A DNA stretch of 63,816 nucleotides, filler included, from Nemertoderma westbladi (Eukaryota > Animalia > Xenacoelomorpha): NCBI GenBank assembly GCA_032718475.1. It is 3 parts of 3 records of this genome, joined end to end, with 100 filler letters (N's around TTAATTAATTAA, not from the genome) between each part and the next. Parts side by side here need not be neighbours in the genome. Positions count along the whole stretch, not along the records: positions 1 to 31,142 come from JAUCBJ010003599.1; positions 31,243 to 51,677 come from JAUCBJ010001706.1; 1 more part is not named here. One strand, given 5' to 3'. Both the position numbers and the translations under genes were made by a program. Below are positions 26,281 to 40,038 of this stretch, one piece after another. The notes under the pieces are model-generated. The model was not told the origin of the DNA. It saw only the letters and a list, made by a program, of their open reading frames with translations, and did no database searches. How positions within the stretch are numbered: the stretch's first letter is position 1; every line of letters starts with the position of its first letter.

Positions 26281-28092
26281 ACTAAAAATGTCAAAAAAGC
26301 CCTAGTTAGTAGCTTAACAAATGACAGTTAAAGCGTGTAAGGGCAATCTGAAATGGACCTCTGTTTTTTACAACCAGTTTAACGCAAACTGAATGCATCA
26401 CTCGTAGGATATTTTTAGAAAGACGGTTTACCGTATATCTAATAGAGATTAGTAGACTTTCTTAATATTAAGAGGACATGGCATCCTGACCCTTTTCCTT
26501 AACAAACGTAAGTCACACAGAGGTACAATTTTTGGATGAACCGCTCAATGAAATTTTATAAGATTTGGAACTCTGATCCTCTGATCCACCTATCCGGACA
26601 AATGTAGAACCTAAAAAAATTCGGAAAAATAATTTCCGCCAAAAATAACTCCATTCATTTTTGAGAATTACTTGTATTTTGGGTAAAAAATTATATAAAT
26701 TATCATAAAAAAACGTCCAGCTGACAAAAAATTTGAAATGTTAGAAGTCCACGGTGTATAGCATTCATGCTGAAAATCAGACCAAATTTCAAAAATTTCA
26801 TCAGGTAGTTCCTGAGAAAAATGTACCTTGGTGTAAAAATAATTACGAAAAAATTTATAAAGAACGGAAAAGTTTTTTTTAGAGAAAAAGCCATTCAAAG
26901 ATTTCAAACCTTCCCGCCAAATTTCACTGCTTAGATTTTTCAAATATGTGCCAATAATTCGCAATGAAAGCAGACAACAATGCATTGCAGAAAAAAAGTC
27001 AAAACATATGTTACTTCGTTGTATGCTTTTTTTCATAAGTTGTGACCTGTTTTTTTACAATCAGAATGGTCGATTACGTGCAAAAAATAAAGCAGAATTT
27101 TTGTTTCGTACCTTTCAACGAAAATACCGCTGTTTTTCAAAAAAATTTCAAATTTTCAAAAAACCGGTTTGTTTTCGTAAATAATGTTTTATCATCAGAC
27201 GAACAATTGGATTCGTGGGCACAAATATTATAAATTCATGGTGCGATAATTTCGATCTCCAAGTTTACACTCCTAATGGATGCAGAGAATCACATACGAT
27301 GGTCATTGAATTAGCCCAAATTAGTAAGGAAAATAATTTCATACCAGAAATGATTATACCTCGAATTTCAACAACTTAATTAAATGCTTTCAAACTTAAC
27401 ACACCAGAGGTTCTTTCTTTTCAAGGAAAGCTGAAGTCACTTCCGCAGAAATTGAAAATGAATTTTGAAGTACCATACAACATCCTTAGAAATACTTACA
27501 CTTCAGTTAGAAAACGCAATGGAACAAGACTTGTCTTAGATGATTTCATGTATAGGAACTCCACCAATGGATTTCTCCTGGACTATATGTCGAAACGTCC
27601 AATAGAAGACACTTCAGAGAAATTGACCAAAGAAATGGCGACAGTAAAACTGAATGGACACAGACGGTGACTAAGTTTGCTTCAGTCGACTATAGTCAAG
27701 ATGGATTAATGATTTATCATTTAATGATCTATCCCATCATAGTAGAGTCACCTTCAAGGCAGAACCCCCTAAGTCGATTTTTTTCGATTTTCATGTTTTT
27801 GACTTTTTGGGTAATTCGATATCGGCTTTTTCGTCTGGCAGAACCCCGAAGCTTTTCTACCAGCCATTTTTGAGTTATAAGCCAAAGACAGTTCCCCGTA
27901 ACTTATGCCCACTTCGAGGCAGAACCCCCCAAGTCAATAATTGGCTTGCAAAACACCGTAAATTCAAGTATATGACATTCAGTCCACCTGGCAAAACCCC
28001 TTAAATCAGAAATAACAACCTGTAAAACCCCTTAAATCAGAAACAATAGCCTGGCAAAACCCCGTAATTTATCATTTATATACTGGTTTGTA

Positions 28093-29121
28093 TTGCGGCC
28101 AGGACACAAATATTAATTAGGGACACAAACATTATTGAGGGACGCAAACATTAATGAGGGACACAAACCATCTTCCTAATTAGATGGAAATTAATTGAAA
28201 GCGACGTTCGGTTACGTTGTTCAGCTGCCTGTTTTCTGCTTCCCCCCCCCCCCCCCCCGGCTGGTGTACCCCCATATTTTCAATTTACCTCCTACCACCA
28301 CCATTCATGTTAACCCCGCCTCCCCCCCCCCCATTCCTGTCTCCCCCTCATGTTCATCATTTTTTTACTCCTACTCCTTCCCTTTTTAGTAACAACATCG
28401 TTTATTGTTTTGGTTAGAAAAACCATCTCTTTAACCTGATCCTTTCCTTCAATTGGCAATAACATAGTTTATTGGTTTGGTCAGATTAATATGTTATTAT
28501 TTATTGTTGTTATTTTATTGCTTGACAGTAATGAGAATTGTAATACTGTAATATATTGTATGTATGTATGTATGTATGAGTGGTAACATGAATCATACTA
28601 AGTTCGAATGGCGATAGTGCCCATGATTAACGTTTGTGCCCTTGATTGATATCTGTCCCTCGTTTATTGTTTGTGTCCCTCATTAATGTTTGTGTATCTC
28701 ATTAATGTTTGTGTCCCTCATTAATGTTTGTGTCCCTCATTAATGTTTGTGTATCTCATTAATGTTTGTGTCCCTCATTAATGTTGTGTCCCTCATTAAT
28801 GTTTGTGTCCCTCATTAATGTTTGTGTCCCTCATTAATGTTTGTGTCCCTCATTAATGTTTGTCACCCTCATTAATATTTGTGTTCCTCATTAATGTTTG
28901 TGTCCCTCATTAATGTTTGTGTCCCTCATTAATGTTTGTGTTCCACATTAATGTTTGGGTCCTATATCAATGTTTATGTCCCACATTATTGTTTGTGTCC
29001 TACATCAATGTTTATGTCCCACATTAATGTTTGTCACCCTGATTAATGTTTGTCACACACTAATGTTTGTGGCGCTGATAAATATCTGTCCCTCATTTAA
29101 TGTTTGTCTCCAAGTTGCTAT
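28093..29121. repeat. MITE-like unit with inverted arrays of a 20-bp repeat (CATTAATGTTTGTGTCCCTC-type)
   Basis: About 4 copies in one orientation at 28100-28170 and more than 20 in the opposite orientation at 28620-29110. Confidence 0.8.
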
Positions 29122-29818
29122 GGGGTTCAGGACGTTTTGGATAACTTGGTCAGTAACAAGCAACTTAATTTGAGTAACATTAACTTTTAGTCTCCGTTAT
29201 ATGAGGCATCTTTTACAGCAACAAACTTCGCGTTTACATAGAGCAACTTGATCGGCAACCTGACATGCTCACTAAGTTGCTGATAGAGTTGCTTAAAATG
29301 TTGCCACGTACTGTAGAAAAAACAAGTCTTTAATTATTCGTCATGACGTACTGTAAGTGAACTGTACTTTAACGTAGCTGCAACCCTGTAGCTAGACTTT
29401 GTTCTTACTGTAGAGTACCACCCATGGCTATATTTTGTACTTAGAGTTCCGCTTTCTTGAATTTAAATTTTGTTCTTATAGTTCTGCATTTGGCTACATT
29501 TTGTTCAATTTGTATTGATACATGATTCTAACTACAGTCCCGTACTTATTTTAGAAGCAATTAATACCAAAATATCAAAAACTTATGGAGCCCTTTGATT
29601 TTGAATTCAAAAATTTCCAACATGTGCGCAAGTGTGTTAGCTATATTGTACAGTATGTGATTATTTGTTATTATTGCGTTTACAGGTAATACTAACACCT
29701 GATCATGTGCTAGTTAACATGTTAGATAGCACGTTTTAGCTAATAACAAATGCGCACATGTATTACGTGCGCACAACGCACTAAATTATTAAGGACGTAC
29801 GATACGCCTTGGCTATTA

Positions 29819-30014
29819 TTTGATATATTTTGCGTGTTTTTTTTAAAAATTCGTACTTATGGTGTTTTGCCAAATTGAGGATACCTTGTTTTCTAGGCAA
29901 TACCCCGCAACTATCGTATAGTTACGGGATAATACCAGAAAACGGTGTTCCCCTTTGTTTTGGCAAAACACCATAAGTCAGAATTTTTACAAAAAAACCG
30001 CAATATATTTCAAA
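29819..30014. mobile_element. About 200-bp foldback MITE
   Basis: Arms contain CTTATGGTGTTTTGCCAAA / TTTGGCAAAACACCATAAG, centred on AACTAT-CGT-ATAGTT. Confidence 0.7.
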
Positions 30015-30468
30015 GGTAATTCTAAATCATATTGAAAGTTTAATTATATGAATTCTATATATATTTAGTTATCAAAAAACACAATAACAAGTAAACTGAG
30101 GCATCTCTCTAAAAAATAAACAGTTTTTATCGATTATCTCAGAACTACAAAAATCGACTTAGGGGGTTCTGCCTTGAAGGTGACGAAGAGTCCCACAAGA
30201 AATGAAAACAAATAAGTTGGTGCCTTAGTTGGTAAAATGGCGATTCTTCACCATAATATTATCAATTGCGTTCCAATTATCAATTCCTGTTGTCCAACTT
30301 TGGATAGGCTGCCTACAGCTGTACAGCTGTAGCCTGTCTGCCTTAATGTATTTCTAATAAGTGACTACCTGATATCTGATTAACTTACCGATACGGCACC
30401 GGGCAGCCGGGCTGCTGCTGATCGGCCCATTTTTAGATCCTATAGACCATCGTTCCAGCCCCACTAAG

Positions 30469-31142
30469 ATGCCACCAAAGAACGACATCGCATTAATTAA
30501 CGCCCGTCTGGCTGAGCAGGACGGACTGCTAAAATCAATGGCATCAAATATTGAATTTATAACTACACAACAAAAACAACTCAGTCCATCGGATGGTACA
30601 GATCCCCCAACCTTGGCTGATACAATCCTTCAATTACGCAAAGAAAATAACGATTTAAAGAACGACCTTAAAGATTTACGCCAGGACAACGATTCGCTGG
30701 ACCAGTACACCCGCCGTAATAATGTCCTCATCCATGGCATTAACGAATCTAACCAGGAAACAGACCTTGCCAAAGTTCTCGAAATCATCTCAACACTTAA
30801 TATAAACGAGGTCCTGGTCGATGTCATACATCGCTTAGGCCCACTCAAGCCCGGTACGAAAAAACCCCGCCCAATCCTAGTTCGTTTTCTCGGACATACT
30901 CCAAGATCAACACTTTTCAAAGGTAAACTAAACCTTCCTAAAGGAGTTTATCCGTCTGACCATCTGACTCCATACTGCTCATCTTTACTACGCTCAATGG
31001 TAGAACTTAAAAAGAAGAATCAAATCCACGCAGCTTACTCGTTTAATGGATCTGTCTATATCCGCTTCCATAAAGATGATAAACCAACTCCGATCCATGA
31101 CAAAAGCGATGTAGACTACGTAACCAACCAGGCTCGCTTACT
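30469..31142 (+). CDS. LINE ORF1 protein (CR1/L2-type coiled-coil plus RRM, L1-ORF1-like), cut off by the gap
   Basis: Coiled coil followed by LDQYTRRNNVLIHGI, IHRLG, PRPILVRF and DHLTP motifs. Confidence 0.8.
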
Positions 31143-31242
31143 NNNNNNNNNNNNNNNNNNNNNNNNNNNNNNNNNNNNNNNNNNNNTTAATTAATTAANN
31201 NNNNNNNNNNNNNNNNNNNNNNNNNNNNNNNNNNNNNNNNNN
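31143..31242. other. Artificial contig linker (44 N + TTAATTAATTAA + 44 N)
   Basis: A 12-mer with stops in all six frames sits symmetrically in the Ns and is repeated exactly at 51678-51777. Confidence 0.95.
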
Positions 31243-33866
31243 GGACGGCTAATACGGACGGCTAATACGGGCGGCTAATACGGACGGCCAATAAGGACGG
31301 CAAATACGGACGGCAAATACGGACGGCAAATACGGACGGCAAATACGGACGGCAAATACGGACGGCCTATGCGGACCGCGGACAGCTAATACGGACGGCC
31401 AATACGGACGGCCAATAAGGACGGTAAATACGGACGGCTAATACGGACGGCTAATACGGACGGCCAATACGGACGGTAAATACGGACGGCTAATACGGAC
31501 GGCTAATAAGGACGGCTAATACGGACGGCAAATAAGGACGGCCAATACGGACGGCTAATACGGACGGCAAATACGGACGGCCAATACGGACGGCAAATAC
31601 GGACGGCAAATACGGACGGCAAATACGGACGGCAAATACGGACGGCTAATACGGACGGCTAATACGGATGGCTAATACGGACGGCTAATACGGACGGCTA
31701 ATACGGACGGCAAATACGGACGGCCAATGCGGACCGCGGACGGCTAATACGGACGGCCAATACGGACGGCCAATAAGGACGGTAAATACGGACGGCTAAT
31801 ACGGACGGCTAATACGGACGGCTAATACGGACGGCTAATACGGACGGCCAATACGGACGGTAAATACGGACGGCTAATACGGACGGCTAATAAGGACGGC
31901 TAATACGGACGGCAAATAAGGACGGCCAATACGGACGGCTAATACGGACGGCAAATACGGACGGCTAATACGGACGGCCAATACGGACGGCAAATAAAGA
32001 CGGCTAATAAGGACGGCTAATACGGACGGCCAATACGGACGGCTAATAAGGACGGCTAATACGGACGGCTAATACGGACGGCTAATACGGACGGCTAATA
32101 CGGACGGCAAATACGGACGGCAAATACGGACGGCCAATAAGGACGGCTAATACGGACGGCAAATACGGACGGCCAATAAGGACGGCTAATACGGACAGCC
32201 AAAACGGACGGCCAATACGGACGGCTAATACGGACGGCTAATACGGACGGCCAATAAGGACGGCCAATGCGGACCGCGGACGGCTAATACGGACGGCCAA
32301 TACGGACGGCTAATACGGACGGCCAATAAGGGCGGCTAATACGGACAGCCAATACGGACGGCCAATACGGACGGCCAATACAGACGGCTAATACGGACGG
32401 CAAATACGGACGGCCAATAAGGACGGCTAATACGGACAGCCAATACGGACGGCCAATACGGACGGCTAATACGGACGGCTAATACGGACGGCCAATACGG
32501 ACGGCCAATAAGGTCGGCTAATACGGACGGCCAATACGGACGGCCAATACGGACGGCCAATAAGGTCGGCTAATACGGACGGCCAATACGTACGGCTAAT
32601 ACGTACGGCTAATACGTACGGCTAATACAGACGGCTAAAACGGACGGCTAATACGTACGGCTAATACGGACGGCAAATACGGACGGCCAATACGGACGGC
32701 TAATACGGACGGCTAATAAGGACGGCCAATACGGACGGCTAATAAGGACGGCTAATACGGACGGCTAATAAGGACGGCTAATACGGACGGCAAATACGGA
32801 CGGCTAATACGGACGGCTAATAAGGACGGGTAATACGGACGGCAAATACGGACGGCCAATAAGGACGGCCAATAAGGACGGCTAATACGGACAGCCAATA
32901 CGGACGGCTAATAAGGACGGGTAATGCGGACGGCAAATACGGACGGCCAATAAGGACGGCCAATAAGGACGGCTAATACGGACAGCCAATACGGACGGCC
33001 AATAAGGTCGGCTAATACGGACAGCCAATACGGACGGCTAATAAGGACGGGTAATACGGACGGCAAATACGGACGGCCAATAAGGACGGCTAATACGGAC
33101 AGCCAATACGGACGGCTAATAAGGACGGGTAATACGGACGGCAAATACGGACGGCCAATAAGGACGGCCAATAAGGACGGCCAATAAGGACGGCTAATAC
33201 GGACAGCCAATACGGACGGCTAATAAGGACGGGTAATACGGACGGCAAATACGGACGGCCAATAAGGACGGCCAATAAGGACGGCTAATACGGACAGCCA
33301 ATACGGACGGCTAATAAGGACGGGTAATACGGACGGCTAATACGGACGGCCAATACGGACGGCAAATACGGACGGCCAATAAGGACGGCCAATAAGGACG
33401 GCTAATACGGACAGCCAATACGGACGGCTAATAAGGACGGGTAATACGGACGGCTAATACGGACGGCCAATACGGACGGCCAATACGGACGGCAAATACG
33501 GACGGCAAATACGGACGGCAAATACGGACGGCCAATAAGGACGGCTAATACGGACGGCTAATACGGACGGCCAATACGGACGGCAAATACGGACGGCCAA
33601 TACGGACGGCTAATAAGGACGGCCAATAAGGACGGCTAATACGGACAGCCAATACGGACGGCTAATAAGGACGGGTAATACGGACGGCAAATACGGACGG
33701 CCAATAAGGACGGCCAATAAGGACGGCTAATACGGACAGCCAATACGGACGGCTAATAAGGACGGGTAATACGGACGGCTAATACGGACGGCCAATACGG
33801 ACGGCAAATACGGACGGCCAATAAGGACGGCCAATAAGGACGGCTAATACGGACAGCCAATACGGA
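31243..33866. repeat. 13-bp satellite GGACGGC(T/C/A)AATA(C/A), left block, about 200 units, with higher-order structure
   Basis: Direct inspection. The array runs to the contig edge. Confidence 0.97.
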
Positions 33867-34126
33867 GAATTCTAGAATTCTGAATAAGAGAAGTGTGACA
33901 AAATTTTCAGATTAAGTTTTTTTTTAGATTAATTTTGTTTTAATTACTAGCTAAAAAGCAAATTACTATTATATATTATATTAAATACTATTGGAATACC
34001 TGAATACTACTGTTTTAATTATAAACTGAATTTTAAACTACTTCTAGTACTAAATAAATATAATAAATATATATTTATATTATATATATAATAACTAAAT
34101 AAATAAATAATTCTAAATAATTAATT

Positions 34127-35078
34127 ATGACTATGGCGGAGGAATTCATTAAAATCCAGAGCGAAATTATATCAACAATAAGGACAATCAAATCGAAGAA
34201 AAGTGTTAACGCGAACGACGAACAATCTCTGATGGACCATTTACTTTCAATGAAAGCTCTTTATACCATTGCTGTTGGCAAACTAAGCGAGGCCCAACAC
34301 GAACTCATCGAATACAAGGACAAACTCACCATGGCCACATCTGTTCCGATGACGAACCCGTCTAGCAACTCCGTCCAGACCGATATCCTGCGCGAGCATG
34401 TGGATTCACAATCCCACGCGCCCCAGCGAAACAACAAGCGATCTGGTGATCCGCATGCCACTGCGATGGCGACCGTAACATCCGGGAACGACGATAACTC
34501 ACAAAACCCATGGCTCGAGGCACACACTCGACGGCAGAGGAGAGGAAACAGACCAGGTCCGACAGGACCGCCAACACCATACGTCCCCGTTACTATCGGA
34601 GAGGGAGGAAGCCAGCATCCTAGGGAGTCACTTTCACGCCAACCGACGGAACACCGAACATTACGTGGAACTAAAATCGGAAGCTCATTACATGCTGCAG
34701 CACCACCCTCATCACTCACCCAGAACCGCCCGGTGCCTCCGCCACGGAAAGCTCATATCCATCCACGTAGGCCGCGTAGCACTCGACGAGTCCGAGGAAA
34801 CTCTGGGAGAGTATCTTCAGTGTGAAAAGATCCCATTTACCCAAATCTGTGGACTCCCAGTACACCCCGAATCGGTGTATCGTTCTTTCCACGTTATATG
34901 TGACCAGGAACATAGACAAATGATTATGAACCCCGAGATCTGGGAAGAGGGAATAACAGTTAAAAACTACAAATTGACCAACGCCGAGAGAATCATTTGG
35001 CCTACGCCCGCGGGTACAACACCGCCACCGCCAGGAAACCCAACATGTGACGGCGACAGCCCCTCGTGTAGACGGTAA
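34127..35078 (+). pseudogene. LINE ORF1, frameshifted near 34750
   Basis: N-terminal coiled coil (frame of 34127) and an RRM-like C-terminus IHVGRV...SFHV...NPEIWEEGITVK (frame of 34665). Confidence 0.7.
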
Positions 35079-35089
35079 CGGAGCGGATT

Positions 35090-37293
35090 GACAACCAATC
35101 TCTAAAAGTAAAATCAATGTTTCGCTGTGGAATGTGGAAGGATGGAACTACCTACAAACAAATCTAAACCCTAAATAACTATTTAGTAACTCTGACATAC
35201 TATTACTAACCGAAACGTTTCAAGTAGAAGAAAATATTTGCAGCGCCCCATATAAACCTTTCGTCCAACCAGCAAAAAAGAATCAATATGGCCGCCCATC
35301 TGGAGGTCTAATTGTCCTAGCTGTTCCAAAATTAGATCCTCAACTACTTATCAAAACAAATGAATACATGGCAATTAAGACAATGGCTGGAATTTATATT
35401 GTCTTCTATTTTACCCCCGACACTCCTGTAGAAGAAGTAATATTTGCAATAAACGAATCACTAACATACACAGATGCTGATGACACAATAACTCTTGGTG
35501 GGGATTTCAACTGTCGAATCGATTCGGGGGATAGGGGAAACGACCTGACAGAATCACTCCAAGATATTGGGTTCGAGTTACTCAATAATCCGAAATTAAA
35601 GACATATATCTCTCCCCAGGGCGAGAGTACTATAGATCTTCTCTATATAAGAAACCCCACTTCCCACCGATGCACAAACATCACGGTCAGCTTAGAGAGC
35701 AATCCTATCAGGAAGCACCAGAAAATGCATCTATCAATGGAGTACTCCAAAGAAAATGGTGAATGTAACCCAGAACCTGTTTTTCGAAGTAGTAGGACTC
35801 TAAACCTTAACCGCTTTGAGCAGGAACTTAATGAAGACATGATCGAATTCTTCTTAGAAAAGGAAGACATCGACGCAGCGACAGCACACCTAACAGAAAC
35901 AATAAACTCTGCGTCATGCCCCCCCAATAAAGTCTCAGACCACCACAATAAACCATGGTTCGATGACGAGTGCAGGACTTGCAAGCACCAACTACTTGAG
36001 ATGATGGCCAACCGCCAAAACTCGCCTGCTAACAATGACCTGTACTGGGCGAATAGGAAGAAATATAAAGCCTTACTGAAAAACAAGAAAATAGCGTATG
36101 AGGAAGAAATGCTACTCGAAAACTTCAAACAGGCGGAGATCAAACCTTGGATGATCTTCAAAGAGGGGAAACTGGCGAAATCAATCCCCATAGAACCAGC
36201 AACTCTGAGGACCCACTTCGACAATTTATTGGGTGTAAGACTGGACCCTCCCGGAAGCAGCACCCCACCTTCGCCATCTGAACAGGAGAAATGTGTTGAA
36301 GAGTGGTACAATGAGCCAATCAGAGAACAAGAGGTAAGCGATGCTATACAGAACTCTGCATCAAAGAAAGCCTGCGGCCCAGATGGAATATTTTACGAAC
36401 ATTTAAAAGCTGCAGGTCCCCTCCTAATTACAATTATAACTCTCCTTTTCAACTTCTGCCTAAACATGGGCGCAATCCCACTGTCATGGACATGTAGCAT
36501 CATCAAAGCTATATACAAGGGGAAAGGGAGCCTGATGGACCCAAATAACTATAGAGGTATCGCTCTTATCTGTGTTTTCCTAAAATTATTAACCTCCATA
36601 CTAAACAAACGGGTTCAACGGAACATATCCCACCTGTTCCCAGATGAGCAATATGGATTTATACCAGGGAGATCAACTATGCAAGCAATAAGGAAACTCG
36701 ACTTAGATATTAACAAAGCCCTTCACTCAAAAGAAGACCGTGTAATGTATGTAGCCTTTGCTGATTTTAAAAAGGCATTCGACCTAGTGAACCGAGCCTT
36801 GCTCCTTGGCAAGATATATAACGATTTCGAAATAAAGGGGAAATTATTCGGCTTCATTAAGGCATTATTAACAAATACAATAAAAATATCCGACGGTTTC
36901 AGCCTATCAAAACCGATCACACAGTTGCGAGGAATTCTGCAAGGAGACTCATTCTCCCCAACTTGCTTCATAATTTTTATTACCAGCCTCGCAACTGCAC
37001 TCCGTGCAATATCGAGAGCGATACGATTCATATTCTTTGCGGACGATCTAGCCTTTTATTCTTCGAATCCACAAGTTATCCAACGCGGTCTTGATGTCCT
37101 AGAAGAATGGTGTATAAATAATTCAATGGAAGTGAACCTCTCTAAAAATCGCAATGTATTTGTAAATATTGTAAGAACTCAGCCGTGGACAGATACACGC
37201 TCTCAACTGCGATTGCTGCCCCTCTCTGACAGAACTGGCCAGCCACCCATATCACTAAAAGAAAATTGGTTCACCACAGCCATGAGACTTTGA
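35090..37293 (+). pseudogene. LINE ORF2: APE endonuclease plus reverse transcriptase, with an in-frame stop and a post-RT deletion
   Basis: APE motifs WNVEG, LTET, GRPSGG, GGDFN, STIDL, with TAA at 35176-35178. RT motifs NYRGIAL, QYGF, DFKKAFD, LQGDSFSP, FADD. After VNLSK the sequence jumps to a CICKYC Zn-knuckle remnant in another frame. Confidence 0.85.
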
Positions 37294-37443
37294 TATTCGT
37301 ACTGAATCGTATTTCATTCCAACTAATTGTAAAATTTTTAATTAATTTTAAACTTATTGCTCCACCTGTATATTGCTATTTTTAACAATTTTAAAAGAAT
37401 AAACCTTTTACCCCGTTTAGGGGTGCACCTTGTTTTAAAAAAA

Positions 37444-38047
37444 AATAAGGACGGCTAATACGGACAGCCAATACGGACGGCTAATAAGGACGGGTAATAC
37501 GGACGGCTAATACGGACGGCCAATACGGACGGCTAATAAGGACGGCCAATAAGGACGGCTAATACGGACAGCCAATACGGACGGCTAATAAGGACGGGTA
37601 ATACGGACGGCAAATACGGACGGCCAATAAGGACGGCCAATAAGGACGGCTAATACGGACAGCCAATACGGACGGCTAATAAGGACGGGTAATACGGACG
37701 GCTAATACGGACGGCCAATACGGACGGCAAATACGGACGGCCAATAAGGACGGCCAATAAGGACGGCTAATACGGACAGCCAATACGGACGGCTAATAAG
37801 GACGGGTAATACGGACGGCTAATACGGACGGCCAATACGGACGGCAAATACGGACGGCCAATACGGACGGCTAATACGGACGGCTAATACGGACGGCCAA
37901 TACGGACGGCTAATACGGACGGCTAAAACGGACGGCAAATACGGACGGCCAATACGGAGGGCTAATACGGACGGCAAATACGGACGGGTAATACGGATAG
38001 CCAATACGGACGGCCAATACGGACGGCTAATACGGACGAGTAATAAG
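37444..38047. repeat. 13-bp satellite, right block (about 46 units), degenerating at its right end
   Basis: Same unit and higher-order pattern as 32800-33866. Confidence 0.97.
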
Positions 38048-38454
38048 GATATGTATCGAAGTTTAATCGAGTTCTAGCAGAACTTAAATATCGAAATAAT
38101 TGATTCGCCACGTTTCATTTAGTTTCATTTCTATTCAACAGACAAACTGTTATAATTGATAAACTTACAAAAAGGAGCCAACATCAAATATAAGATCACC
38201 ACACGGAAAAGTAATAAATTAGCTAAGTAAATAAATAATTGATACATACAATGGAAAAAAAGGATAAACCCAAAACAATAATTTTATGCCAGCACTTTAT
38301 TCTCTAGTAAATTATGTTGTTATGTTTTTTATAACCGACTATTAATTATTTAGACCCATTGTGATATTACTGATATTGCACAGGTGCTGAACGGCTTAAC
38401 ATTATAGTGAACGCGTGTAGTATCAATACCCGTAACAGCGGAACTACACTTTAA

Positions 38455-39619
38455 CCCAATCTTGCCCGAGCTATTTTACAACGTAATTGGCCAGGGGGGG
38501 GGGGGGGGGGGGGGGTCATTTTAGAAATTTTTTAGATCTTGGCTCAAAAAATACAATTTTGATGGTATAAGGGTTCGCAGGTCACGATAAAACTTGTTAA
38601 AAATATTTTCTGGCAAGGCAACCATTATTTTTGGTGCTATTTTGGTTTGGTCCCCCAGGACGAAAAATACAAGTAAAAAAATGTCAAACTAAGGAATTTC
38701 TTCTTTGGTTTCATAATTCTGATCGTATAAGGGTTTTCGAGGTCGCTGATCACGATGACACTAGCTATAAATATATCTGGTAATGCAAACACAATTTTGG
38801 TGCCATTCCGGTGCTTCAGAACGAAATGTACAAGTAACACAAAATTATAAACTGTTAAATTTTGCCTTTGGTTTGGCATTTCTGAAGCTATACTGGTTTT
38901 GAAGCTGATCACGAAGCAACTTGTTAAAAATCATATGTGGTAACGTAACAATCATTGTTGGTGCTTTTCTGGTGGGATGAAAAATGCAAGTAGCATAAAA
39001 TTTCAAACGGCAAAAATAGAATTTGGTTGGTAATACGATATTTTTGAGTGTCATATTCATTATCAGCGTCCCAGAAAACACATATCTTAAAATCAGTCTG
39101 ATTTGGTGATAATTTTTTATTGTCAAATTTGTGCTATTTGTATTTTTCATTATCAAATTTGTGCTACTTGTATTTTTCGTGCCGCACATTGACACATATC
39201 CAAAAATGTTGCGTGATCAGCATTCCAAAAAACCTGTATGGTCATAAGATTGAGTTGATTTGGTGGTGATTTTTCATTATCATATTTGCACTACTTGTTT
39301 TTTTCGTGCCCCAGGGGGCACATTCAAAATTACCAAAAATTTTCCCGAATATTATATTTGAGTTCTATAATCGTGATTAGCATCTAAAAAAAGCGCTATT
39401 TACTGCAAATAAATTTATTTTAGTGAGAACATAAAAATTGTTGTAAATTTTAACACGAAAAATACTGGAGATGGGTGCAAGAAAGGGACCATAGCACGAA
39501 AACTAATATAGCCATGTAAATGGCGTTTTCGCTGTTGGATAGTCCATTAAATTTTAGGAAAAGTTATGTAATTTCGATTTACAAAACATTTATAAAATGA
39601 CCCCCCGGGCCAAATAGGG
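38455..39619 (+). mobile_element. piggyBac-type MITE
   Basis: TTAA flanks at 38451-38454 and 39620-39623. Imperfect TIR CCCAATCTTGCCCG / CGGGCCAAATAGGG. Homologous to 4135-4988. Confidence 0.75.
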
Positions 39620-40038
39620 TTAAGATTGCGCACACGAGCCGTTAAAACGTGTTTCCTCTGCTAGTTTTGTTACACCTTCGTCACTTGACGCTGAAAACGA
39701 TCTAACTCTGTTTTTTTATAAACTGAGAACGCATTTATTCCAGCCAATTCCATCACATCAGAATAGCCCCTGTAATGGTGTACCGTTTAAAAGGAGCTAC
39801 CGGTAGCGGTAACTCTGTTATTGGAATTCCTATATAAAATCATAATGAAATTAAATTAAATTTATTGTACAGGCTATTAATATTGAAATTGATATATAAT
39901 CACCATTCCAAGTTGTACCAATCGATGTCAAATTTTATCAGCTATCTGGAGGTATAAATAACCAATTGGTTTTCAAAAACTCGAGTTGGCGCCTTTTTAA
40001 CGCTACTTATCATCGCTCTGGCGATATCCACGAAACAC

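Larger units (their letters stand above)
27747..30184. mobile_element. Unclassified non-autonomous DNA transposon with 36-bp perfect TIRs
   Basis: GTCACCTTCAAGGCAGAACCCCCTAAGTCGATTTTT at 27747 and its reverse complement ending at 30184. Subterminal ggcagaacccc/ggcaaaacccc repeats. Confidence 0.8.
33867..37443 (+). mobile_element. Two-ORF APE-type LINE (RTEX-like), apparently 5'-complete but defective, inserted in the 13-bp satellite
   Basis: AT-rich 5' UTR, ORF1, ORF2 (APE plus RT), 3' AATAAA, stem-loop ACCCCGTTTAGGGGT and an A-tail. Apparent TSD at 33833-33866 and 37444-37477. Confidence 0.9.

Noticed and set aside
31187-31198. TTAATTAATTAA as a biological motif
   Set aside because: It is centred in N runs and duplicated exactly, so it is an assembly linker.
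34740-34760. Programmed ribosomal frameshift in LINE ORF1
   Set aside because: No canonical slippery heptamer. A single extra A in CGGAAAG explains it, and the copy has other lesions.
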